Positions 8,236 through 15,819 of a stretch of DNA of 20,000 nt are shown one piece after another. Within the stretch, counting starts at the first letter, position 1. Each line of letters opens with the position of its first letter. A model generated the notes under the pieces. The model was not told the DNA's origin and did no database searches. It worked only from the letters and a program-made list of their open reading frames with translations. The stretch covers positions 46,236 through 66,235 of the forward strand of contig JBJMHS010000073.1 of assembly GCA_045807245.1 (NCBI GenBank), written 5' to 3'. Both the position numbers and the translations under genes were made by a program. This DNA is from Actinomycetales bacterium. Its GTDB lineage: Bacteria > Actinomycetota > Actinomycetes > Actinomycetales > CAVURS01.

Positions 8236-8258
8236 TTGTCGGTGGTGCCGGTTAGGTT
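8236..8258 (+). promoter_or_regulatory. RecA-NDp / PafBC-type DNA-damage-inducible promoter
   Basis: TTGTCGGTG(8236-44)-8 nt-TAGGTT(8253-58) matches the mycobacterial tTGTCRgtg-N8-TAnnnT consensus. ATG follows after 6 nt. Confidence 0.8.
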
Positions 8259-8264
8259 CGAGTC

Positions 8265-9761
8265 ATGGATCGCAGGGGTGCGTCGTTCTTCCGTGACGGT
8301 GTCGGTGACGGTGACGGTGGCGAGGGTGAGGGCGAGTCGGTGGGTTTGCCGGACTCGCCGGTCGCCGAGGGCGACTGGACGCCGGAGCAGGCGTTGGCGG
8401 CGTTGCCGGTGGTGGTGAAGATGGTGTCCGCCCTGCCGTGGTGGCAGTGCGCCGAGGCGGACTTGAGGCAGCGGGTCCAGTTGTTGGGCCGGGTGGAGAA
8501 CCAGGTGGTCGCCGCCCAGGTCGCGGCAGTGGGCGAGGCGCTGAAACGTGGGGTGTTGGTCGGGTCCGGCTTTAAGTCGGGTGGGGCCTGGCTGCGCGGG
8601 TTGGTGCCGTTGACCGTGCCGGCGGCGGCCCAGCGGGCCCAGCTGGCCGAGCAGCTGGCCCGCCCCGAGCTGGCCCCGACGCGGGAGGCGTTCGGCTCCG
8701 GTGAGCTGAACGTGAGCCAGGCCGGCGCGATCACCCGGACGATGTGCGCCCTGGACCAGGTCCCCGATGTGGACGCCACCATCTGGGGTGAGGCCCAGCA
8801 CCTGATGCTCGGTGAAGCCACGCGGCTGGATGCCGGGCAGCTGGGCAAGGTTGGGGTGGCGTTGCGGCACCGGCTGGACCCGGACGCGGCGGAGCGGCTG
8901 GCGAGGGATGAGGACGCCCAACAGCACCTACGCCAAGCCACGCTGACCCAGGAGAGCTCTGGGATGTGGTGGCTGACCGCCACGCTGCCGGCCAAGGACG
9001 GCGCCGTCCTTGCGACCGCGCTGGACGGCCTGGCCCAGCCCTGCCCGGCCGCCGACGGGGAGGTGGATCCGCGCAGCCGGGGCCAGCGGATGGCCGACGC
9101 GTTGACCGGGTTGGCCGAGCTGTCGCTGGCCCAACGGGCCGGCCAGCCGGGTGGGTTGCCGTCCCGGCATGGTTCGCCGGTGCGGATGATCGTGACCGCC
9201 GACCTGGCCACCCTGCAAGCCGACCCGAGCCGCAAGCATGGGCAGGCGGGGGCGCCGATGGCCGTGGTGGAGACCGGTGAGCCCGGCGGCTGGGAGATCT
9301 CCCCGCTAGAGGCCCAGACCTTGTGCTGTGACGCCGAGCTGGTCCCGGCCGTGATGGACGGCCACGGACGGGCCCTGGATGTGGGCGATTCGGTCTATCG
9401 GTTCCCGGCGAAGATCCGGCGGGCCATCGAGCTCCGCGACCGGCACTGCACCTTCCCGAACTGCTCCGCCCCCCCGCCCTGGTGCCACGCCCATCATTTG
9501 GTCGCCTTCGGGCGAGACGGCAAGCCGGGCGGGGCGACCTCGGAGGCCAACGGCACCCTGCTGTGCGGGCGGCACCACCGCCACGTGCACGCCAGCGGCT
9601 GGACCGGCCGCCTCCTCGACGGCCGCGTCACCTGGACCCCACCGCGACCTGGGGCTCCCCCCGAACCGCCCAGCGATCACATCCGACGGTTCGAGACCAA
9701 GCTGCGACAGCTCGCCACCCGCTGGCTGAACCGAAACCCCCAACTCCGAGATACCGGCTAA
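8265..9761 (+). CDS. DUF222-domain HNH endonuclease (13E12-repeat-family-like)
   Basis: 498 aa. DUF222-type motifs (GELNVSQAGAI, LDPD, DPRSRGQRMADAL, CDAELVPAV, LDVG) and a C-terminal HNH: RDRHCTFPNC...CHAHH...GGATSEANGTLLCGRHHRHVH. Confidence 0.9.
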   Translation: MDRRGASFFRDGVGDGDGGEGEGESVGLPDSPVAEGDWTPEQALAALPVVVKMVSALPWWQCAEADLRQRVQLLGRVENQVVAAQVAAVGEALKRGVLVGSGFKSGGAWLRGLVPLTVPAAAQRAQLAEQLARPELAPTREAFGSGELNVSQAGAITRTMCALDQVPDVDATIWGEAQHLMLGEATRLDAGQLGKVGVALRHRLDPDAAERLARDEDAQQHLRQATLTQESSGMWWLTATLPAKDGAVLATALDGLAQPCPAADGEVDPRSRGQRMADALTGLAELSLAQRAGQPGGLPSRHGSPVRMIVTADLATLQADPSRKHGQAGAPMAVVETGEPGGWEISPLEAQTLCCDAELVPAVMDGHGRALDVGDSVYRFPAKIRRAIELRDRHCTFPNCSAPPPWCHAHHLVAFGRDGKPGGATSEANGTLLCGRHHRHVHASGWTGRLLDGRVTWTPPRPGAPPEPPSDHIRRFETKLRQLATRWLNRNPQLRDTG

Positions 9762-9786
9762 GGCAGCCAGGAGTCAGAGGTCTGGC

Positions 9787-10191
9787 TCACTCGACCCCTG
9801 GTGGCGCGAAGAACTCGAGCGCGATGCCGTCCGGGTCGCGGAACGAGACGCCCGATCCGTACGACGCGTCCTTGACGCCCCCGTGCGCAATCCCGAGCGC
9901 GTCCAGGCGATCGGCCCACTTCTGGAGCTCGCCGCGCCCGGTGCAGGCGAAGGAGACATGGTCCAGGCCGGTGCGGCGCTCGTCGAAGGTGCCAGCGGCC
10001 GGCTCGACATGGGTGTGCAGACCGAAGAGCTGTCCACCCGAGAGCGCATAGACGGTGTGATGGAAGGCACCGCCCTGTTCGTCCTCATCGAGTACCGGCT
10101 CGGACTCGAACAGCGCGGTGTACCAGCGTGTGCTGCGTTCCAAGTCGGTGACCGTCACGGCCACGTGAGCGAGCGGCGGGAAATCAGGCAT
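9787..10191 (-). CDS. VOC (glyoxalase/bleomycin-resistance) family protein
   Basis: LAHVAVTVTDLERSTRWY, GLDHVSF and SFRDPDGIALEFF. RBS AAGGAGG before ATG 10191. Confidence 0.9.
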   Translation of the reverse strand: MPDFPPLAHVAVTVTDLERSTRWYTALFESEPVLDEDEQGGAFHHTVYALSGGQLFGLHTHVEPAAGTFDERRTGLDHVSFACTGRGELQKWADRLDALGIAHGGVKDASYGSGVSFRDPDGIALEFFAPPGVE

Positions 10192-10211
10192 GGCCGGCCT
10201 CCTTGGATCGA

Positions 10212-10258
10212 TGCGAACGGTCAGACGAGAAGGTATCCGCCTTTCACGACGGTTCGCA
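10212..10258 (-). other. Stem-loop in the AKR-VOC intergenic region
   Basis: TGCGAAC/GTTCGCA (10212-18/10252-58) plus inner GTC/GAC and AAGG/CCTT pairings. Confidence 0.5.
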
Positions 10259-10315
10259 CTCCTCAGTGGCGTCGCTGCGCCCGCGTCGTACGGCGGGGCG
10301 CTCGCTCGCGGCGAC

Positions 10316-11158
10316 CTAACGCGGCACGTACGAGAACGAGTCCGGGTCCGGTCCGGTGCGCTCACCCCGGTCCAGGGCCGAGATGTCGCCCATCTCGTCC
10401 GGACCGAGCTCGAAGTCGAAGATGCGGAAGTTCTCCTCCATCCGCGACCTCTTCACCGACTTGGGAAACACGATGTCGCCCCGCTGCACATGCCAGCGCA
10501 ACGTCACTTGAGCGGGGGTCTTGTCGTGCGCCCGCCCGATCCGGTTGATCACCGGATCGTCGACCACCCGGCCACGCGCGATCGGTGACCAGGCCTCGGT
10601 GGCGATGCCGTGCTCCGCGTCGAACGCGCGGACCTCGTCCTGAGTGAGGTACGGGTGGACCTCGACCTGGTTGATGGCCGGGACCACCTCTGTCTCGTTC
10701 AACAGCCGGCGCAGGTGGTGCGGCTGGAAGTTCGATACCCCGATCGCCCGTACGCGCCCGGACCGGTACATCTCCTCCATGGCTCGCCACGTCTCGACGA
10801 AGTCGGACACCTGCGCGAGCGGCCAGTGGATCAGGAACAGGTCCAGCCGCTCGAGCTCCATCTCGGCTAGCGACCGGTCGAACGCCTGCAGGGCGTCGTC
10901 GTACGCGTGGTAGCCGTTGTTGAGCTTGCTCGTGAGGAAGACCTCGTCGCGGTCGAGGCCCGAGGCCCGGACCGCCTCACTGACCTCCCGCTCGTTGCCG
11001 TACATCTCAGCGGTGTCGATGTGCCGGTAGCCGACGTCGAGGGCGGCCAGCGTGGCCTCCCGCGTCTCACGGGGCGGGACCTGGAACACCCCGAAACCGA
11101 GCTGTGGGATCTCCACGCCGTTGTTGAGCGTGATGGTCGGAACAGTCGCAGTCGTCAT
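10316..11158 (-). CDS. Aldo/keto reductase (2,5-diketo-D-gluconate reductase-like)
   Basis: LNNGVEIPQLGFGVFQ, GYRHIDTAEMYGNE, TSKL, LFLIHWP, IGVSNF, NQVEVHP, AQVTLRW and FPKS. The catalytic D/Y/K/H tetrad is present. Confidence 0.95.
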   Translation of the reverse strand: MTTATVPTITLNNGVEIPQLGFGVFQVPPRETREATLAALDVGYRHIDTAEMYGNEREVSEAVRASGLDRDEVFLTSKLNNGYHAYDDALQAFDRSLAEMELERLDLFLIHWPLAQVSDFVETWRAMEEMYRSGRVRAIGVSNFQPHHLRRLLNETEVVPAINQVEVHPYLTQDEVRAFDAEHGIATEAWSPIARGRVVDDPVINRIGRAHDKTPAQVTLRWHVQRGDIVFPKSVKRSRMEENFRIFDFELGPDEMGDISALDRGERTGPDPDSFSYVPR

Positions 11159-11187
11159 GACGACACGGTGCCACTAGCGTCTGCCCT

Positions 11188-11841
11188 GTGCTCTACCGGA
11201 CCACGGAGCTGATCGGCTACCCGGCGCTGCGCGGCTGGTTCCGGCCGCAGGTGACCGGGCGCGACCTGGTACCGCGGGAGGGCGCGGCCATCGTCGCGGC
11301 CAACCACTTGTCCGCGGCCGACCAGGTAGTGACGCCGATCTCGGCCCGCCGGCAGGTGCTCTACTTCGCCAAGGCCGAGTACTTCGAGGCGCCGGGTGTG
11401 CGCAACCGCGTGCGCGCCCGCGTGTTCCGCGAGCTCGGGCACATCCCCGTCGACCGGGACGACGCGCGGGCGGCGGCGTCGACCATCACGATCGGGGCCG
11501 AGCTGCTCGAAGAGGGCAAAGTCCTCGGCATCTTCCCGGAGGGAACGAGGTCGCCCGACGGCCGGCTGCACAAGTTCCGTACCGGCGTGGCTCGCCTCGC
11601 GCTGCGGTCAGGGGCACCCGTCGTACCGGTCGGCCTGGTCGGCACCGACCAGATGCTCCGCCCCGGCACCCACCGGTGGCGGCGTGCGCATGTCGAGGTG
11701 CACTTCGGTGCGCCGCTCGACTTCTCCGGACGCGCCGAGGACGAGCGATCCAGCCGGGTCCTGCGCGAGGTGACCGAGGTCATCCGGCAAGCGGTCCAGC
11801 GCCTCTCCGGTCAGGAGTACGACGACACGTACGCCCGCTGA
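11188..11841 (+). CDS. Lysophospholipid / 1-acyl-sn-glycerol-3-phosphate acyltransferase (PlsC family)
   Basis: NHLSAAD (HX4D), FAKAEYF, IPVDR, IFPEGTRS and VVPVGL. Confidence 0.92.
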   Translation: MLYRTTELIGYPALRGWFRPQVTGRDLVPREGAAIVAANHLSAADQVVTPISARRQVLYFAKAEYFEAPGVRNRVRARVFRELGHIPVDRDDARAAASTITIGAELLEEGKVLGIFPEGTRSPDGRLHKFRTGVARLALRSGAPVVPVGLVGTDQMLRPGTHRWRRAHVEVHFGAPLDFSGRAEDERSSRVLREVTEVIRQAVQRLSGQEYDDTYAR

Positions 11842-11851
11842 TGGCGCCGGC

Positions 11852-12433
11852 TCAGAAGTTGCTCTTGAGCGCCCGGAAGGCCTGGACGTACTGCTCGACC
11901 TGTTGCATGGTCAGCGCGTTCGGGTCCTCGCCGGCGTCCGCGATGGTGGCGAGCACCGCCGCGATCTCGGTGACGGTCGCCTTGGTGGCGGGTCCGGCGT
12001 TGTCGGGCCCACTGTCGCGGGCGTGCGCGGCGCGTGCCGCGGCTGCTTCACTGCCGCGCTGCTCGGCCGCCAGGTCCTCGTCCGGTGCGATATGGCGCCG
12101 CCACAGCCGCCAGCCGTCACCGCGGCGACGCCACACGTCGCTCACCGTCTGAGTGCCCATCCGGTCCTGCCCGTCCACCGTGGCGCTCAACCGCACCTGC
12201 TGCAGGACCGCAGCGGTGTCGCCGTCCTCGTGGATGAACCGCTCCAGCACCTCATACCCATGCACGTCCTCGAGGTCGAGGGCGGCCAGCCAGCCCTCTC
12301 GGTCGAGGGAGGAGACGCTCGGCTCCACCTGCAGGCGCCCGCTGTCTGCGTCCAGCAACGACGCCGCCAACAGCAGGTCCCGCTCGAGGACGGCCCGGTC
12401 GAAGGCGTCGATGGCCTGGGTCAGGTCGCTCAC
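11852..12433 (-). CDS. NTF2-like / DUF4440-type protein with a C-terminal extension
   Basis: FDRAVLERD...GDTAAV...TVSDVWRRRGDGWRLWRRH is typical of SnoaL/NTF2-like folds. Start GTG 12433 is inferred. Confidence 0.65.
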   Translation of the reverse strand: MSDLTQAIDAFDRAVLERDLLLAASLLDADSGRLQVEPSVSSLDREGWLAALDLEDVHGYEVLERFIHEDGDTAAVLQQVRLSATVDGQDRMGTQTVSDVWRRRGDGWRLWRRHIAPDEDLAAEQRGSEAAAARAAHARDSGPDNAGPATKATVTEIAAVLATIADAGEDPNALTMQQVEQYVQAFRALKSNF

Positions 12434-12441
12434 GTCACGAG

Positions 12442-12466
12442 GGTCCCACGACGGGGGCACCAAAAC
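12442..12466 (-). promoter_or_regulatory. Candidate SigF/SigB-type stress promoter
   Basis: Minus strand GTTT-N15-GGGACC, 8 nt before GTG 12433. The -10 deviates from GGGTA. Confidence 0.35.
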
Positions 12467-12532
12467 ATCGACCAGATGGTGGTGAAGTCCTCGACCTGCG
12501 AGCCGGATCGTCCGCCACTAGCGTCCTGAGAT

Positions 12533-13084
12533 GTGACAGCCGCTGAGGGCGAGCCGCCGGTCGAGGCGCAGGTCGTGGTCGTCATGGGCGTGTCGGGTTC
12601 TGGCAAGTCCACGGTCGCGGTGGGGATCGCGCGGGCCCTGGGCTGGGCGTTCGCCGAGGGTGACGACTTCCACAGCGAGGCCAACAAGCACAAGATGGCG
12701 TCCGGCCTGCCGCTGACCGACGAGGACCGTTGGCCCTGGCTGCGCACCATCGGGGCCTGGATGGACGACCAGCTCCGGGCCGGGCGCAGCGCCGTCGTCA
12801 CCTGTTCGGCTCTGCGGCGGGCCTACCGCGACCTGCTGCGCGAGGGCCGGCCGACGGTGCGTTTCTGCGAGCTCGACGCGCCGGAGGGCCTGATCGCCGA
12901 GCGGTTGAAGGTGCGACGAGGGCACTACATGCCACCCTCCCTGCTGCCCAGCCAGCTGGCCACGCTCGAGCCACTTGCCGCCGATGAGCCCGGCGTGCAT
13001 CTCTCGGTCGCTGCCACGCCGGAGCAGATCGTCCGCGACGCGCTCGCCGCCTTGGAGCTCACGACCGAAGGGACCGCACCATGA
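12533..13084 (+). CDS. gntK: Gluconokinase (GntK/IdnK type)
   Basis: VVMGVSGSGKST (P-loop), EGDDFH..ANKHKMASG.PLTDEDRWPWL, CSALRRAYRD and HYMPPSLLPSQLATLE. Confidence 0.93.
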   Translation: MTAAEGEPPVEAQVVVVMGVSGSGKSTVAVGIARALGWAFAEGDDFHSEANKHKMASGLPLTDEDRWPWLRTIGAWMDDQLRAGRSAVVTCSALRRAYRDLLREGRPTVRFCELDAPEGLIAERLKVRRGHYMPPSLLPSQLATLEPLAADEPGVHLSVAATPEQIVRDALAALELTTEGTAP

Positions 13085-14661
13085 CCACCTCGATGTCTTT
13101 GATCGCCATGGCGGACGCGCCCTCGATCACGTCCGCCGGCAAGACGCAGCTGTTGCTCGCCGCCGCACTCGGCATCGTCACCGTGGTGGTCCTGATCGCG
13201 GCCGCGCGGATCCACCCCTTCATCGCACTGATGCTGGGTACGGCGGTCATGGGCGGTGTCGCCGGTGTCGCGCCCGCAGACATCGTCACGAGCTTCGTGA
13301 CCGGGTTCGGCAACACGTTCGGCACCGTGGGCATCCTGGTCGCGCTCGGCGGCATGCTCGGCAAGCTGCTGGCCGACTCGGGGGGAGCGGACCAGATCGT
13401 CGACACGGTGCTGGCCCGCGTCGGCAACCGCGGTCTGCCGTGGGCGATGGCTCTCATCGCGGCCGTCATCGGACTGCCGATGTTCTTCGAGATCGGCGTC
13501 GTCCTGCTGGTGCCCGTCGTGATCCTCGTCGCACGCCGTACCCACAACCCGCTGATGCGCGTGGGCATCCCGGCGCTGGCGGGCTTGTCGATCCTGCACG
13601 GGCTGGTGCCGCCGCACCCGGGCCCGGTGGCGGCGATCAGTGCGTTGCACGCCGACCTCGGGGACACCCTGCTCTTCGGCCTGATCGTCGCCGTTCCGAC
13701 GCTGGTCATCTGCGGGCCGCTGCTGGCGCGGTTCATCACCCAGCTGGTGCCGGTCGACGTACCGACCGAGGGCGCCGCGGCGCTGCTCGGTGCCTCGCTC
13801 AGCGACCGGTCGACGTCAACCACCGTCGAGGGCTCCAGGCACGAGGGGTACCCGAACGAAGGGTCCAGGAACGAGGGGTTCAGGAACGAGGGGTTCAGGA
13901 ACGAGGGGTTCAGGAGCGGGTCGGGGTCGGAGGGGGACTCCGACGGCGAGCTTGAGCCGTCGTCGTGGACGTCGCCGACGCCATCGGCGCGGCGCCCGTC
14001 GTTCGCGGCGGCGATCCTCGCGATCCTGTTGGCCGTCGTCCTCATGCTGGCCCGGGCCATCGGCGACCTGACGATCGACGACGACAAGAGCCAGACCCTG
14101 AAGTTTCTGGACTTCATCGGCACGCCGTCCGTGGCGTTGCTGGCCGCCGTGCTGGTCAGCATGGTGGCCCTCGGCCGGGGCGCCGGATGGGGCCTGCAGC
14201 GCACGAACGACTCGCTGGCGTCCGGTCTGCCGCCGCTCGCCGGCATCATGCTCATCGTCGCGGCCGGTGGCGGTTTCAAGCAGATGATCGTCGACGCCGG
14301 CGTGGGCAAGATCATCGGAGACATCGCCGAGGGCTCGCACATCCCGGCGCTGCTCTTCGGCTGGCTGGTCGCGGTCGCCATCCGGGTCGCCACGGGCTCG
14401 GCCACCGTTGCCACCATCACGGCTGCCGGCATCGTGACCTCGGTGGCGGAGAAGCTGGACCGTCCGCACCTCGCGCTCATGGCCCTGGCCATCGGGGCCG
14501 GCTCGCTGTTCTTCAGCCACGTCAACGACGCCGGGTTCTGGCTGGTCAAGCAGTACTTCGGCCTCACCTTGTGGGAGACCATCAAGTCCTGGTCGCTCAT
14601 GGAGACGGCGATCTCCGTCGTCGCGCTGGTCTTCGTGCTGCTGCTAGGCCTCGTCGTCTAG
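13081..14661 (+). CDS. gntP: GntP-family gluconate:H+ symporter
   Basis: IHPFIAL, GLPMFFEIGVVLL, HGLVPPHPGP, AAGGGFKQ, GSATVA and FSHVNDAGFWLVKQYFG. ATGA overlap with the gntK stop. Confidence 0.92.
   Translation: MTTSMSLIAMADAPSITSAGKTQLLLAAALGIVTVVVLIAAARIHPFIALMLGTAVMGGVAGVAPADIVTSFVTGFGNTFGTVGILVALGGMLGKLLADSGGADQIVDTVLARVGNRGLPWAMALIAAVIGLPMFFEIGVVLLVPVVILVARRTHNPLMRVGIPALAGLSILHGLVPPHPGPVAAISALHADLGDTLLFGLIVAVPTLVICGPLLARFITQLVPVDVPTEGAAALLGASLSDRSTSTTVEGSRHEGYPNEGSRNEGFRNEGFRNEGFRSGSGSEGDSDGELEPSSWTSPTPSARRPSFAAAILAILLAVVLMLARAIGDLTIDDDKSQTLKFLDFIGTPSVALLAAVLVSMVALGRGAGWGLQRTNDSLASGLPPLAGIMLIVAAGGGFKQMIVDAGVGKIIGDIAEGSHIPALLFGWLVAVAIRVATGSATVATITAAGIVTSVAEKLDRPHLALMALAIGAGSLFFSHVNDAGFWLVKQYFGLTLWETIKSWSLMETAISVVALVFVLLLGLVV
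13828..13917 (+). repeat. In-frame 15-bp tandem repeat, 6 units
   Basis: Consensus GAGGGGTTCAGGAAC, encoding EGSRH EGYPN EGSRN EGFRN EGFRN EGFRS. Confidence 0.95.
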
Positions 14662-14681
14662 GCGACCGGATGCGACCCGCC

Positions 14682-14715
14682 CGGCGTCCTGGGCGCCTTG
14701 CCCGAGGGTGTGCCG
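14682..14715 (+). terminator. Possible GC-rich hairpin terminator after gntP
   Basis: Imperfect stem CGGC-GTCCT-GGGC / GCCC-AGGGT-GCCG, 20 nt after the stop codon. No U-tract. Confidence 0.25.
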
Positions 14716-14809
14716 TTCCGCCCAAGTCCTTGAATCGTCCGTGGTGCCTGATCCATGCTGTGAGTGCCCCAAGCAGCGCGGGCGACGGCCCACCCACGAA
14801 GGAAAGGCC

Positions 14810-15205
14810 TTGGCTGACGAACCCGTGTACGCAGGAGGCATGCCGCCAGGCGAGGTCGTGAGCGACCGGGAGCCTCCGGCCCCGGTACCGGACCAGCGCG
14901 AAGTCGAGGTGGTCCTGAACGGCGCGACGACCGTCGTCCGGCTACGCGGAGAGGTCGACCTGTCGCTGTCCGACGTGCTCGCGCACGCCTACGGGCAGTG
15001 CGTGGCCCGGGCGCTTCCGGTGCGGCTCGACCTGAGTGCGTTGTCGTTCATCGACTCCACCGGCATCGGCTTCGTTGCCCGCCTCGCTGCCCTGGAGCAG
15101 ACGGCCGGCCGCCGGCTGGCCATCGTCGGCGCCAGCCGTCGTACCAGCGAGACGTTGTCCCTCACCGGGTTGGACGAGCTGCTGGAGCTCGACGAGCCGT
15201 CCTGA
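14810..15205 (+). CDS. STAS-domain anti-sigma-factor antagonist
   Basis: VVRLRGEVDL, LDLSALSFIDSTGIG (phosphorylatable Ser) and LSLTGLD. Start is uncertain: TTG 14810 after AAGGA, or ATG 14840. Confidence 0.85.
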   Translation: MADEPVYAGGMPPGEVVSDREPPAPVPDQREVEVVLNGATTVVRLRGEVDLSLSDVLAHAYGQCVARALPVRLDLSALSFIDSTGIGFVARLAALEQTAGRRLAIVGASRRTSETLSLTGLDELLELDEPS

Positions 15206-15215
15206 GCCGTAGCGC

Positions 15216-15425
15216 TCAACCCCACCAGTGTGAAGGGCCGACCGCAGGTGACGGCGCGCGCCGGGTCAGGTCGATGAACATCTGCTCGACGTCCTCCGAG
15301 CGCTGCCGCGGCGTGGCGCCGGGCAGGACGACCACCGGCTCGTCGATAATGATCTGGGCCGGAGCGGCCCGCCTGACATCCCGGTGAGCCGGCTTGCGCG
15401 CTTTCGACCGCGTTTGCTCCGGCAT
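15216..15425 (-). CDS. Small hypothetical protein (69 aa)
   Basis: ORF fills the gap and converges on the STAS gene. It ends in PSHWWG. No clear RBS. Confidence 0.45.
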   Translation of the reverse strand: MPEQTRSKARKPAHRDVRRAAPAQIIIDEPVVVLPGATPRQRSEDVEQMFIDLTRRAPSPAVGPSHWWG

Positions 15426-15527
15426 GACGTTCGACACGGTGGACCCACCCCCGTCCGGGCACAACTCGTGGCCACTGTTTCGACCGTGATCAGTGCAGCA
15501 CTCTCCGTCGCGGCCCGCAACCCCTGT

Positions 15528-15803
15528 TCACCCGGTTCCTGCGTCGGCACCCTCCCCGGGCTCCGAGCTCGCGGACGGGTCGACCGCCGGCTGCTCATCC
15601 GGACGCTCCTCCGGATAACCACCGCCGTCCACGCCGGGCTTGTCGGAGCTGCTCCCCATCCGTCCGGTCCGGGGCTGGTCGTCAGTCACCGGGCGGTTGT
15701 CCTCCAGGTGCCGCACATGCTCGGCGTCGTAGTGGTCGGCGTCCAGCTCACGCGGGTCCACGCCGCGGCCGGCCGGTTCGTCCGTCCATCGTCCGTTGCC
15801 CAT
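15528..15803 (-). CDS. Small acidic, likely disordered hypothetical protein (91 aa)
   Basis: Strong RBS GAGGAGG before ATG 15803, directly downstream of the GNAT gene. Rich in D/E/G/P. Confidence 0.7.
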   Translation of the reverse strand: MGNGRWTDEPAGRGVDPRELDADHYDAEHVRHLEDNRPVTDDQPRTGRMGSSSDKPGVDGGGYPEERPDEQPAVDPSASSEPGEGADAGTG

Positions 15804-15819
15804 ATGTCCTCCTCTGCTC

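Noticed and set aside
8246..8261. Possible LexA SOS box at the HNH promoter
   Set aside because: Only the GTTCGA half-site is present. The position of the TCGAAC half reads TGCCGG.
8137..9790. Calling the DUF222/HNH locus a defined IS element
   Set aside because: There is no transposase motif, terminal inverted repeat or target-site duplication. It is kept only as a hypothesis in the findings.
13828..13917. Tandem repeat as a possible CRISPR array
   Set aside because: The 15-bp units are contiguous with no spacers, lie in frame within gntP, and there are no cas genes.
10316..14661. AKR plus gntK/gntP as a ketogluconate utilisation pathway
   Set aside because: The AKR is on the opposite strand and separated by unrelated genes, and its substrate cannot be inferred from family motifs.
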